A DNA stretch of 52,779 nucleotides. Origin: Calcarisporiella thermophila CBS 279.70. Its lineage: Eukaryota > Fungi > Calcarisporiellomycota. The stretch's first letter is position 1. Every line of letters begins with the position of its first letter. The notes beneath the pieces were generated by a model. It saw only the letters and a program-made list of their open reading frames with translations. It did not search any database and was not told the DNA's origin. Both the position numbers and the translations under genes were made by a program. The stretch is from positions 1,265,809-1,318,587 of the forward strand of contig NW_027192195.1 in the NCBI RefSeq assembly GCF_041956535.1, written 5' to 3'. This document shows positions 10,831-24,460 of the stretch, one piece after another.

Positions 10831-13800
10831 TCGTCTTGAAGCACGGGACTCTGACCTAGTCCGCAGTTTATTTGGAGGTAATAGTGGGGAGGATTTAATC
10901 AGAATTGATTCTCATAAGTACACATCGATAATCATCAACATGTTAACTTTTAGAATTTGGGGTGTTTTTCAATTCTATCTTAGCATTTTCAAAAATACCT
11001 TTATAACTGGGGTCGTGGGTAGATCAGCGTATAGTGTAGATACACTCATGTTTAATAACACGAGTGTATCTACACTATATCGTAACAATATCGCCTGTGT
11101 ATTATGTGTATTGAACGATTATATATTAGGATATGATACTTGAAATTTGAGATTTGTGGTGATTGCATACAATACCTCGCGGTAGTATTAAATTTTAAGC
11201 ATTCCCTCCCTTATTCCACTATTTTGTTCAATAAGGAGCTTTAAATTTTCCCTCATACTAGAGTTGACTGGGCAATACACGAATGGATTAAACAATTATA
11301 AAGAATAGGTATAAATTATAATGTAGTTATTTTCCCATGATATTAATGCTCTATTGATCGTTCATATCAATCTGGAAACCTTGTATGATTGTTTATTAGA
11401 ATCACTCCCTTAAGTCGAATTTTTAGGACAGGATTAAATACAAGGAATGCTGTATTATTCTCTATCCTTTCACTTTTATTCATTTTAACATTTATTGTAT
11501 AATTGTTAGTGCAAGCACCAATTTAAATTTTATTTTAAATGATACTTCGAAATATTCGAAATATTTAAATAAAAAACTTAGATATTATTAGTAACCATCC
11601 TTTTGTATTTAATAAAGGTGACTGCAATTAAATTTCCATATATTCAATCAATTTTAATATCAGAGTTGCGTACGAAGAAACACCAAGTTGTATATAATAC
11701 TCTGTGTTTTCCAAAAAAGCTTATCAGTAGTGTATAGAGATATAAAATCAACAAAGGCACGCCTCAAACGGGAGAGCACATCTATTAGGCTTGTCTTTGC
11801 AAATGCAACAGTGCTTTGGTGGTTTGCAGGGCTGACTTATACTACATTCTTGAGCTCCTACAACCGTGAGCATGACCATCATTAGGATTAAAAAGAGTGC
11901 TTGTGAATTCATATTTTATCTCTAATTGAAATAAAAAAGAATATTGTAAATCTATCGTTAAATTCGTTTTGGAGCTCAGTTTATATAAGATTTCAGGATC
12001 AAATCAAATATGTGGCTCAGTGGTAATATCCAGACCAGACTAATTTTGGACAGCCGCATAACACATAATACTTCGTGAGAGTTAACATTGCTTCGCTTCC
12101 TGAGAAATTAGCCTGTTATACTTAATTGTTTAGTTGTTTCGATGACTCTTAAATCTTAAACTCTACACAAAATCAAATCGTATATTAATTTTTTCTATTA
12201 CTAATATTGATTTCCGTTAAATGAGTCATCTATTCAAAGAATTTATTGCATTCACTGAATAGATAGAATGTAAGAACATAGTGGAATAACTTATACTAAG
12301 AAGATGTTTGTATTACAGCCTGTATTTGACTATTTGAGAAGAAAGAAAGATGTTTCCAAGATCGAACATGACGTGGCGCCTTGCAGGAAAATTCCCAAAT
12401 TGGAATGCTAAACTTTTGACTTTAATACATCAAGTGATTAAATTTGAACTTCCAAATTGATTTTTTCTACATAGTGAATTATTCTAAATATAGAGTATAA
12501 ATCTGATTATACCACCAGATCCGAGGCTTGGGAGAAAAAACTTACTGTTACTAGGATGTTATGAGATAGAAGAGTGTAGATTCTGCTTCTCTGCAATAGC
12601 TGTCCTGTCCTAATCTTATGGAGAGTTGTAGAAAAACAAGAACATGATACACATGGTCATTTTGTTAAGAAATGCTAGACGCAACCCTGAGGAATAAGTT
12701 TGGAGAAGTGATTCAAATAAACGAACCAGACCATAATGAGACGATTAAAAATATCCGAGTTGTTGCGCACCAATTCAAAGATTGGTGGGTGTCCCGCCCA
12801 ACTCTACAGTGCAGTTTGGCATTTTTGGAATTTTTCATATCTCATATTTCGAAAATATTCTTGCCTTTGAACTTATGAATCAACACTTAAACACGTCCAG
12901 CATATCTCTCTACCTCTTTATCTTTGGAAACCTGATCTCCAGAGTTTCTTTACTTTATCTCATAGAGCATTTATGATCAGGCGGATAGTAAAGGCTGTTA
13001 AAGGTTTTGTCTGACTGATTTGTAACCAATCTTCAACTAACTCTGCTTGATATCTTCATCATCTTGAAATGCTAGAAAGAAGTATAGTTAGGATTCATTT
13101 TCTTCATAAATCGGAGTAAAATAATTATTTTCTATAAAATCAATGAATACACCTCCACTATAGTTTGCTTTTGCGAGCAGATTGTCAAGCCTAAGTCACA
13201 ATATCATTTTCATCAAATTCAGTTGCGACGTGTTTACGCTTTCTTAAACTTGTGACCATACAATCCGAGTCTGACGACATTCCTGATATTGCTATATCAG
13301 TATTTTCATCTTCTTCGGGGCTCTAACATTTTAATAGATGAGTTTTGATACGATTCGCACCTGTCGCCCAAACTTTTTCATTGCAATGAATACAACGGAG
13401 AAAAGGATAAAAGCTTTTGTGCTTGCGTTCAATTATCTCAACGGATTCCCAGAGAGAACTCTTATTATGACCATTTTCAACTAAATATGACAGGAAAATA
13501 TAAAAGTCTTGAATCGAACTTCTTTTTAAAAAAGCACTCTAAATTTCAAGTGTTATGAATTTTCCCGTATATGTAATTAATGGCTTATTCACGGCTTAGA
13601 TCGAGGCTTATATTGAGCTTGGCTAGAAAAAATAATATACCAATTTACAACCCTAATTATTGCAGAACAGCATGGGATTGCAAACAAATCGCATACACCG
13701 AGATCGGTGATTTTAGACATAGTTTTAAAAAAATGTGGTTTTCATTAAGTCCGACATAATTTATCATTATTGCATGTAGTGCATCAACAGCCAAGATGAC

Positions 13801-14007
13801 TGTAGCATATTTCCAACTCTATGCTACTCCACAATCTATTATTTTTTTTTTCCTAGCTGTGTCTGATTTCCACACTACAGGTGGTGTGTTAATCACCTAT
13901 TCGTGTTCAATAGAGACAGCATATTGGTATTAAAATTTTATTTCATAAATGCTGCTTGCTTAATTGACAATAGCGTTATAAAGAGCAAGCAGAACAACAT
14001 AATATGC

Positions 14008-14495
14008 TTATTCTTCGGCCATAACTTCATTCAAGAAAGCTGAAATACGGCCTGGAGCAGATACTGGATCAAGATTTCCTGAGTCATGAATCACATTTCC
14101 GTCCCTATAGGCAACGAGACAAGGAGGCCTGAGAGGAATCTGCTGCTTTGATTCTTCTAAAGCCCACTATACCAATATTTTCTATTTTAGCAGGGTAGGT
14201 AAAAGAACCCATTTTGCTTAATCTACTACTTACAGGGTGCTTATCGGTGTTGACTTGGCCCAACGCAATATCTCGGAACTGAGCTGCAACTCCGGAAAAA
14301 AGTTGTGGGAGCGGATTCATACCCAGAGGTCCATCCCGGTAGAACAAAATAGCGACCTATTTAATTTAAAGAAATTGGCATAGTATTACCGAAAATGTTC
14401 TATAGAGTAGGAGTGGGAAGAGTATTCCTTACAAATTTGTTCGATTGGAGAAGTTGTTGAAATTCGTTAGCAGATTGAAGCTCTTTCACTCCCAT
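14008..14495 (-). CDS. Thioredoxin-fold protein lacking CxxC, 114 aa, 3 exons: 14495-14433, 14356-14234, 14166-14008
   Basis: Spliced product MGVKELQSANEFQQLLQSNKF|VAILFYRDGPLGMNPLPQLFSGVAAQFRDIALGQVNTDKHP|WALEESKQQIPLRPPCLVAYRDGNVIHDSGNLDPVSAPGRISAFLNEVMAEE*. Two phase-0 GTAAG...TAG introns; TATATAAA about 45 nt upstream. Confidence 0.7.
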
Positions 14496-15329
14496 GATGT
14501 TGTTGAGTAGTAGATAGACTATCGAGTTTTTAAGGGTTTATATAGAGTAGTCCGCGTAAACCATTTTTTATGCAGGGGTTCGCTATAATAATGAAAATCT
14601 TCTCACATTCCATTCCAATATCGCGCGTGAGAAGAGAAACTGCAGCATGCACTACATCCTGATACAGACTCTGCATAGATTATAAGGTAATTCCTATTTT
14701 TTCTCACGGGAACTTGCGCTTAGGTTCCCGAGTTATGCGAATTTATGCATCGACGGCGTAAGCCATCAATGTATAAATTCACCTATATAATATTTCCTGA
14801 AAAATATTCAAATGCTGTTTATTCTTTTCCAAATTTAATGGGGATTAATGATGATGACCGTGCATAAAATCTTGGATCAACCTCAAATAAATGAAATCCT
14901 CGTCAATATTTAACATTTCCCCAAAAAATCTCACCCATTATGCATAACTTAATAACTCCACTTCGGGTCTCGAGTACAAATAGGCTACCAAATTGGGTCA
15001 AAAATAGGCTGCAAGAATCACAACATTACAAAAATGTAGATAAGAAAATAAAAAAAGTACACCTTTTAACCTTATCGCAATCTGTTAAGGTCATTCAATT
15101 AAGCCTTTAGATAATCCCACTTAATTTCTTCAGAGATCTCCTCAGCCAGCGCAAAATGACTCTCATTTATCTGGTTTAATTAACGCAAAAGAAAACTATT
15201 GAAAAAAAAAACACTTTTTTGGGTTATCCGTTGAGCAATTTCTTGATTACCGATAGCAGGTAAATAATTTAAAAATATTTATTTTTAGCCTACTGAAAAT
15301 TTAGGCTAGAATTGTTGTGATCAATCTCA

Positions 15330-16382
15330 ATCCAACATACACTAGCTATCGGAAGCTATTCAAGGAAAAGGGAAGCTCAAGAAATTCCTTATAGGTTTTC
15401 TGCCTCGTACCCTCTATAACCAGGAACAAATGGATTGAGGAACCTACAAACATAAAGGTTTTATCGACGAGCTTATGACCGACATGCTTCTTGCTTCAAT
15501 GTCTGCTCGCCTTACTCCCCATATTCTCTCAGTTATTGATAGGGTTTTCCCTATCAATGACCTGGTGAGACGGCAATTTTTGTCCCTCGAATCAACAATA
15601 ATGCCAGATCACCCGGTGTTGTCCTTGGACAGTTTACATGAGAAACACGTTTTACCAGTACAAGGTCTAATTCATCGTTATCCCGATAACGCCTTGTTCT
15701 TGGGTGGGTTAAAGTAGTCTTCATGGTGTAGTAAATCCTTGAGCCTTAGGTGGATAAGATATTGAAAGCTGTTATATATCAATTTTTATATATTTTTGGA
15801 TCTGATTCCTATATTTGCGTGGTTTGTATTTATGCTCTATATATTCATAGCCACAAGTGTTTTCCCATTCTATTGCTGTATCAGCACAAGATCTTACTCA
15901 GTCGGGGGTACGACGGAGCTCGTTTCATCCAAAAAAACATTCGCACCTGCTCGTCGACGTTGGGATAAAATTTTTAAACATATTCGAAATACACCCCAGC
16001 TAATGAATAACTTAGGTTGTTTCGGAGAGTGACTCGTATTAATTTAATACAGAACATATTACATCAATACCTCACATTCGGCGTCTACGTTTTGTGAACA
16101 AAAGGGTGGCGGTATGCCCCTCTCGGATCCTGACCGATTATAAATGGACATCTACGTAAATTGATGTAGTGAACACTGGAGGCAAACTGGGAAAACATGT
16201 GGCGGTTTATACTCACTTCAACTACCCTAATGAGATAACTTGGGTGAGAAATGGCGGCACAAGTACTACTCGAAAATGCGATAACCTTAAGGAATCAGAG
16301 AGTGCTACTTAGGGGTATCACTGATGACGTCGAAACGATGACGTCGCTTATTAAACAACTCGGAAACATGAACATTCAACCG
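15330..16382 (+). pseudogene. Lysine 2,3-aminomutase (KamA-family radical SAM) pseudogene
   Basis: RLTPHILS, VRRQF, LDSLHE, VQGLIHRYPDNALFL, ATSVFPFYCCISTRSY (eroded CxxxCxxC), THFNYPNEITW and LRNQRVLLRGITDD...NIQP; stops, frameshifts and a missing 3' end. Confidence 0.8.
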
Positions 16383-17569
16383 GTAATCTTGGATCTATTC
16401 ATTGCAGGCACTAAAGTTTATTTTTGTTATATTAAAGCCATCGCTACCGTGCTGTCAAAACTCATTGATCAATGATTTCTAACCAACCGCGTCGAAGTTT
16501 TTGATTTGCCTTCACAATCCCTGATCTTAATCCTAGAGATGCTCTTTGGGAAGAAGAAAGCAATGCTTGAAGAGCAGATTCTCAGAGAGCGGAACAGGAA
16601 TATCTGGGAGAATATGTTATTTTTGTCCAAATCGTTCGTAAAGGATAGCTGAATGCAGATGATGAATACGTTCCCAGACCGGACCCAAAGTACTATCAAG
16701 ACTGAAGATGGATTCACTAAATGGTAATCGAGTTGGACTTAGCTTATTTTAAATCTTGTTCTTTTGTTATGAGACTGAGTTGAAAGAGAATAGAAGGATG
16801 AAACCATGATGAATTGATATTTTTCGAAATGAGTGTTAGCCATGGGCATTCTATAGTATTTGGGGAAAGTACTTTGTGAGTGGGGCTTTCAATGGTATCC
16901 ATATTTTGTATGTTGGAGTCGTATATGAAGGAATATTTAAGTCGTGTATCAAATTAAAAAGTGTCACAAAACAGGCGGCGCTTCATGATCACCGAGTTTT
17001 TCAATTGTGCACCAAGTATTTACTCCGAGGATCATTTCTAATAAAATTCAGTTTCTATGGCAAATCATCCCTTTTCACTTTTTGTGAATTTAACATGGAT
17101 GCAAGCATATAACAGCGCTTGAATCATAACGATGCGGAATTGTTGCAGCTTATTAATAAAGACTACATTATTGAAATCCGTAAGAATTCAAATCCCTAAT
17201 AAACGTCGATCTCTAACTGTTCACGTTCTGCTATTTCTTGACTGACCAGAAAATCTGCTACCTTTTCTCGATAGTCTCCTACTAGGCGGATCACCTAAAC
17301 GCGATAGTGAATGGATAAATTACCAAGAACAATCAAGGAAATAGAACGGTGGTTTGACGCTACATCTCATGACTTTGCATCATTAGTGATTCCGTCATTG
17401 CGGTCAAATTGCTGCTTGAGATTTTTATGATCCGGTTATGATCGAGTTCCTCGGGAATTCCTTCGACAGAAGTAAATTGCCACGGCTATTTTTTTTTGAG
17501 GTGTACTCTGATTTTTTTATCATTACACCAGAGTAATCAACATTTGCATCCTTATGCGGGCAGAAAATG

Positions 17570-17814
17570 TGTTGGAGAACGACCAGGCATGATCTAAGTC
17601 TGAATAGTTGTTGTGTTACGACGGGTATTTCATACTTATACAAATATGTATAAGCAAGTATCTTATCATCATTATTAGTCATCATCTCCTAATATATCAT
17701 ATATATAGGATGTGCTTTCTCTCTTTTGAATTCTCTAGTGGTGTGTGTTATTTGTGTTATCCCTTCTATCTGTCTTCTTTCCTTTTATTAATATACTCTT
17801 AATCAGTTCTAACA
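17570..17814 (+). mobile_element. Solo LTR (245 bp)
   Basis: TGTTGG...CTAACA termini with an exact 5-bp TSD AAATG (17565-17569 and 17815-17819); its 3' half is similar to 46160-46269. Confidence 0.8.
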
Positions 17815-19058
17815 AAATGATATATTCAGCTTAGAATCTAGAGACGAAACTAAATGATGCAGAGGGTAGAATTAAGCTCAGCCTACCAAATATACCATGT
17901 TTCTTGTAGTCCATAACGCAGTCAAATTGCTGAAGGGATCTGAGAGAGGAAAGGGAAAATGCGATGAGAAGAAAATGGATACTACTGCAATATGAAATAA
18001 GGAAAAACCCCCTTTATGAAACGACCAACTCAGGTGGATGAGTGAATGATATCGTCGATATTCATTGGAACATAGGTCTCTGAGTGCTGCAATACAAACA
18101 TCGAATAAGAGATTGCCAATATTTACATGGTTTTTTCAAATCTGCTCAAGCTCGAGGGTGGCAATAGGCTGCAGCTAACCCGTATTGCCTAATCCTGCAT
18201 ACAATCCAGTCGCCGATCGGGCATTGGTGATGATGGTCGCAGTTCCCTTGTAGAAGCATACTTATTTGCATGAAGCGAAGCAAGCTAGGCTAACTCCTAG
18301 GATGGGTGAATGGACACGTGCATGGAAACAGCCAATCGGGGGTGCTTGGATCGAAATGTACTGGTTGTTGATTGGCTGGGCGAGGAAACAAGGGGTACCA
18401 TAAGAAGTCTTATTAAAGCCGCGTTCATTTCTATTTTGGGCTAAGAAGCCAAGCAGCATAGAGCGGGACGTGGCCGGATTGACGGGAGAACCTCTTTCGT
18501 AGCGAGCAGCTGAGGTCGGCCGCTCGATGCATTCCCGATCCCGCCTCTCGCGACCTCGGGCTCTTCATTAGAATGCCGCACTCGAAGCAACCGTAAGTAA
18601 ACGCGAAAGTGATAAGGAATTTTCAGAGGTTTGGGCGATGGTTCGGCCCTGTGGCTACTCCACAGCACGATGCATTCGGCTCTGCTTCCATTTCCAGCTC
18701 TTTTCAAACTTAAATCGAGTACTTGTCCTGCTCCACATTCGATCCCATCGGAGGTTTCAATGGGGCGGAGGCTCTCAGCCGTAACATCGCCTTATGCAGC
18801 GAAGCATGGAAGACTTTGCGGATCTTGAACGGCCCGAACCCTGACAACCGGTAACAATCTAGTAGTAACCCACCTTACAAGGCTAGGACAAGCCTTTTAT
18901 CGAGAAAAACCTTTGGGGATAATTCGCTGTAGATACGATTTAACTTACTTTATACTATATAGGACATGAGGTCACTTGCTAGAATGAGTTTGATCAATTA
19001 TTGTAGTCAGAATCGATGTAGCAATGATAAATCGAATTAACCTTCTCAGTTTCGCCCC

Positions 19059-21830
19059 ATGCCTTTTAGGCATCATGCCCAAGCTTCTCTCCCCGGACTA
19101 TATCTGCTACTTCGGAGTCCAAGTCGTGCTTTAATCATAATCATGGAAAAATAATAAAATATCATATGTATAAAATATAAGAATAAACTGGCTACAATTT
19201 TTCAAATTTTTGCTTTTAAAAGAAACTATGAATTGTAATAAAAATAATAGACCGAATCAGAAGTCCAAGCAAATAATCAAGCAAGGTTTCTGATAGAACA
19301 CCTTCAAGCACTCGGCTTCATAATCAACAAAAAGAAATCAGGATTGACGCTGAAAAGAAACAACAGATATTCCCGGGATTCAAAATCAAGACAAAAACCA
19401 TGGAAACCAGGCTCCCAAAATATAAGGTTGCACAAATCAAATAAAACATTAGATTCGCAAAACAAAGCCGAGGACCACAAGGCAAATAGCATCACTAGCA
19501 GGTCTTAGAGCATAGACAGTACCTGCAGAGGAGCCAGAATTCATTTTTCAGCATTTACAAAGAGATCTTGCAAAAAACCTTCAAAGAAACAACCAAGAAT
19601 GGGAGAAGTGATACCACTCTCAGAGGATATGACATAGGATTTGAAAAAGTGTGAAATCCTCATGGATGTTCACAACGGCTTGCAAGTAAGAATTCCACCG
19701 TCGGACGAAACAGTGAATATAACAACAGACGCATCAGGAACAGGATGTGGGATAGTGAGCACACACCTAACAACACATGGCCAATGGACAGACCCAGAGA
19801 GTAAAACATCATCGAACCAGAAAGAGCTCCAGGCTATTCTCTTCGCTCTAAAGTTACACGTCTAACACTGGGAGAACAAACACATTAGAATCAAGACGGA
19901 CAACAAGACAGCTGTGGCCTACATCCAAAACCTAGGGGACACGGCGAGTGTACTTTTTTCTAGACATAGCCACGGAGATATAGGAAATCTGCTTAAGATA
20001 CAACATCCAGATAATAGCAGAACATCTCCCATACAAAACGGAGAAGCAGACACAGAGAGTCGTCGAAAGATATCCCACCATGAGTGACAACTACCGGAAG
20101 AAATATGGAGGCTCATCAACAAGAGCTGGAGAGAGAGGGCAATAGATCTCCTTGCATCAGGCAACAACACGAGACGCCCACGATTCTTTAGCATGGGGCC
20201 AGATCCAGACACAGAAGCAATCAACGCCCTCTCACAAATATGGCCGACCAGAGAAGCCTACGCCAGCCCACCATGGATTCTACTACCCAGAATTCTCAGA
20301 GAGATTTCACTATGAGAACTGGAAGAGATAGTGATGATAACCTCCATCTGGACGACACAACCATGGATAGCACAAGCCCTAAGTCTGACAATCAAACAAC
20401 CGGTGATCCTCGACCTACAACACCTGAACTCTCTAAAAGCGCTCCCAAGACACCCGACACAGATAATCGCTTGGATGTTATCAGGCATGCGCTCGAAACA
20501 CAGGGAGTTTCGGAGAAAACGATTAATCTCATCTCCAAAGAAGAAAGGGCAACCACTGGGAAGCATTACATTTCAGCGTGGAAAAATTCACATCATGGTG
20601 CAAACCGAACTATATGGATCCGTGAGAGTACGACTTGCCCACGGTCACAATGTTCCTTGCAAAAATGAGTGAGAAGTATAAGTATACGTCGCTCCAAGTC
20701 TACCGAACAGCGATATCGAAAACGTGGCAGATACTCCACCCAGAAATAGCGCCTATGGCGGACCAAGCAATAGTCAAGACGATAATCAAAGGGGACAAGA
20801 GAAGTATCGCCACGATCAGGGAGAAAACAACAGTATTAGAACGTCCAGAGGGTAATAGAGAAACTAGTGATGATTCCAACTAGCGGAGAGACTCCATTAG
20901 AACGCCTAGGACAAAAATAGCTCTTCTACTGGCAATAACAACTATCTGGCGATCAAGATCTGACCTTGCGAGTAAACCACTGGACAGAGTCCAATTCACC
21001 ACCACGGACGATGGCACATCAACCACAATGCAAATTACCACCATAATGCCCAAGGAAGGAATGGAAAATCCCATAAGACTACAAGCACTCCTAAAAGACG
21101 CAGAACTATGTCCTGTGACAGCATTGCACCTCTATATATCTCGCACCAGAGAGAGATCACCCGGATATGATAAGTTTCCCACTTTCTTCATCACAGCACG
21201 CAAAGTCCCAACCCTTGCAACTGAGATATGGTGGCAAATGGATCACAGATATGCTTTCCGAAAGTGGTATCCTAGCAACAGCCCACTCAACCATTAGCAT
21301 CTCATCATCCTACTCCTTAGTACAAGGCACGTCGCTGGAAACTATACTCAAAGCAGCTAACTGGACCTCAATGACAACATCCGAACTCTTCAATTACAGG
21401 GTTGGAATGGTTATTTTTCCCGTATGGACAACCTTACGACGAAACATCTTTCAGAGCGAGAACCTTGGGGCATAATTCCCAAAGGGCATTAGCCGAACCT
21501 GTGAGGGCTAATTCCCTTTGGGGAGAGCCCAAGGGAAACGATGCTGAATGCTCACTCACCACAACTCCAAATACAACACGGATTCGTAGGACTTTTCAAA
21601 GCTATGGAACAAGAATAGCTGACGCTATCTTTAAATAATTTTTTGTTTTGTTTATTACAGTTTATAATTACTTCTAAAAACAGGAATTTGAAGATTCTAA
21701 CCAGTTTATACTTGAAATTTGTACTTCTTTGATATTTTATTATTTTTCCATGTCAAAAAAGCACGATTTGAACTCCGAAGGAACAGATACCACCGATGGT
21801 GAGAACCTTTGGGACGATACCTAAAGGGAA
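19059..21830 (+). mobile_element. Internally deleted, decayed DIRS1-like tyrosine-recombinase retrotransposon
   Basis: RT end (LQALGFIINKKKS), RNase H (TTDASGTG, SSNQKELQAI, KTDNKTAVAYI), MT-like domain (IDLLAS...YASPPW) and tyrosine recombinase (WRSRSDL, LCPVTAL, TAHST, ILKAANWTS). Inverted terminal repeats at about 19059-19250 and 21645-21830; ICR at about 21459-21539. Confidence 0.88.
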
Positions 21831-22129
21831 ATTATTAAGGACGCTTTCCAGAAGAAGTAATCCCTATTGAGGTGGGTAGAATAAACTCCAAGCACCGAAA
21901 TTCATATAATAATTTATATTAATTCTCAAGGGAGGCGAATAGATGAATTAGAATGATACCCAATGTAGAAATTGAAATTTCTTAATAAACTTTATATGAA
22001 ATATAGTCAAAATATTTAAAATATAAAAGCAATAGTATCAGAATAAAGAGGAAGTCCTTGACCTTCTACCTTTGCAATTAACCAATTGCGGTGCTTTTTC
22101 TCTCTCCCGCATTTTAGTTTCCTTCAATT

Positions 22130-22720
22130 CCTTGTATATCTCGTTCTCCTCGATAATTTATCGAGCACTGACCAAGCTCTTCAAAGATTCCTAGCTACTT
22201 TCGTGGAGATAGTGACCTGCCCATTTAACTAATACACTTCACAATTACATTGTCTTCGGTCATCGAAGCTGTTTTCTACTACATTTTTGTCATCGAAGAT
22301 TATGGGTAGTGGTGGAGGTGGTATATGAAGATAATCTGTGGTTTTTTGTGTCTTTTGAGGACAGATGAACCTGGGGTGCACTAGGATGTTCGTTTGAGAT
22401 CTAGTTTATACACGACTGTTTCGTCTCGTTCTGGAATATTCCAAAGGCCGGCGAATCGCGACGAAAATATTTTCGACAGCGCATTCCAAAAAGCTTCGGG
22501 AATAAGATGGTTCAAAAATTAACACTGGGTCGTGTACTTGATACTCAATCTCGGATCGATGTTGGTCGGAGTAGATTTTCTGTCGTTTTTTCGCGTCTTA
22601 GATCAATTAGATTACATTCGACTGGATCATCTCCAATTATTCGACGAGCTCTTCGGCAGTTAGGCTTGGAAATATTGAGACATTACCGTGACGACGAACC
22701 GCTTGGTCAATATTCATATA
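22130..22720 (-). mobile_element. Ty3/gypsy (chromovirus) integrase C-terminus and chromodomain remnant
   Basis: Minus-strand fragments YSDQHRSEIEYQVHDPVLI, SRFAGLW...VYKLDL, VHP, PPPPLP and VLVKWAG, with frameshifts. Confidence 0.6.
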
Positions 22721-23329
22721 TAAATTTTAAGTACAGCGCTAACCATTGATGGGCAATGATCCAAGGGTTTTCATTTGGAAGGTTTGAATATATTATCATT
22801 GCAGGAAAAACGGATGAAAAAATAATCAACGATGTAATTAACAACGTTCAAACCTCGTAGAAAAAAAATACTCCCTTACCCCCCCTACAAGGGATCAAAA
22901 TTAGAACCAAAACACTGAAACGAGCAATTAAGATAATTCTCGCGTCGCAACTCTTCGCTACATCAACACAGATCTCCTCCCCCTATTGAATAGAAGAGTA
23001 GGAAAAGAATCTATTATTTGCACGGAGTCTAGTCTTTTAAATATGACATAATATCTAACTACCTAATATCGAGTAAAAGTTAAGGAGAGGGATGGGGGAG
23101 GAGAGGGGAGAGTGCAGGTATTACTGTAACATGGGCATGTAAAGAGCGAAAAAAGAGAATGAAATTAAAAGAATTGATCCGATTTGGAGGATTCGTCCTC
23201 CTTTTCTATTAGGAAGGTGTGCGCGGTGACTAAGGATTCTCGGTCCGTTTCCCCTCCTTGGGTGCTGTCGAACTTCCTTCCGACGGTAAAGTAGTACTCG
23301 AAGTATGGCAAGACTCATTTGCCCGCGCT

Positions 23330-23975
23330 CAGCCTGCTTTTGACGGCGGTTAAATCCAGGAATGTGCCCAGCACTTTCACGAATTTAACTAGCGCCCCCC
23401 AAAATTGCAGCCATCACGCCAATTGCCACGGTGCGATGCGGTCGCCCCAGCAGTCAATCGGGACACTCCGATGCGCGGTGGGGATAGTTTCGAGGCTCTC
23501 CTAGAGGATATACCCGGACCTTCTCTCGATGCCGAGGTCGAAATAGCGCGATTTCAACGCAATGAGCACGGGGGGTGGGGGGGGGGTGATGACATTCCTT
23601 GCTCTCCTCAGCTCCTTATCTGCCTCTACCAGCTCAACATAGTCACCCGTCTTGGTAACACGCTGGAGCTTGTGCATGACACAAGTCTGCTGTGTGGTGT
23701 TGTAGTCCAGGCCCATTCCCCGCTGATAGACAAATGACGAAGGTGTCATCAGCGAATGGAAGCTGGTTGAGAGCATTAGTGGCGACCTATTGCACGTTGG
23801 GAGGAACAAGCGGCACCGTCTTCCCTCCCTTGCTTTTGCCCTTGATATTGACATCGTGCTTGCGGCCGTCAGAGGCAGGTACCTCTGGCTCACGTCCAAT
23901 CCCACGAATTCGCATTGGGAAAAGTGCATCGCCATTTCATGTATCCAGAATCCGGCCGCGCAGCCTAACATTTTT
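23330..23975 (-). pseudogene. Class I SAM-dependent methyltransferase (LaeA-like/Methyltransf_25) pseudogene fragment
   Basis: LGCAAGFWIHEMAMHFSQCEFVGLDVS, then PPNVQ*...NALNQLPFADDTF in another frame, and LQRVTKTGDYVELVE; frameshifts and a stop. Confidence 0.7.
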
Positions 23976-24149
23976 TTTAAACGCCGTATTAATATTTCTA
24001 TTCTGGCATACAGTAAACTATAGTCGAGTGTCGATTATTGTATCACTTGTTACCTAAGTTTTACCCATACCTCTCTGAAAGGAGCCTCTTTGTCTTGCTG
24101 GATCGCCGTCTACAGCTTGGATCTCATAGTCCTTTGAATCTCGTGACCA

Positions 24150-24460
24150 AATTGTTTCTCATTTGAGATTGAGCTCGGGGTGACATTGTTCCACACGATT
24201 TTCAATCTTGAAAGATGTCTGATTCAAAAGGTTATGTGGTGCGCAATCATGGCAGATTCCGCTTTGTGACAGTGTACTCTTAGGTCGGTTCAAATAGTCT
24301 TCTCTCTCGACTATTGATGCATTTGTTTTCCCTCTATCTTCGAAACGATAGAGTCTACCCTATGCCATAGCTATACAATTGCCATGGAGTCGAAGTAGAT
24401 GTGGGTTGTTGTCTCAGGAGTGGCCGAGTTGCATCTTTTGCAGGTGTTTGGCTCGCTTAC
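24150..24460 (-). mobile_element. Non-LTR (L1/Tx1-like) retrotransposon ORF2 3' remnant
   Basis: Minus-strand CKRCNSATPETTTHIYFDS...*LW resembles the zf-RVT CxxC-ET-H-F-C-W motif. Confidence 0.5.

Noticed and set aside
12600-13500. Short ORFs (64-68 aa) as a gene
   Set aside because: No motif or consistent splice model was found on either strand.
18100-18900. GC-rich short ORFs
   Set aside because: No recognisable intact protein, only a weak LINE-like RNERGFN motif; probably TE debris.
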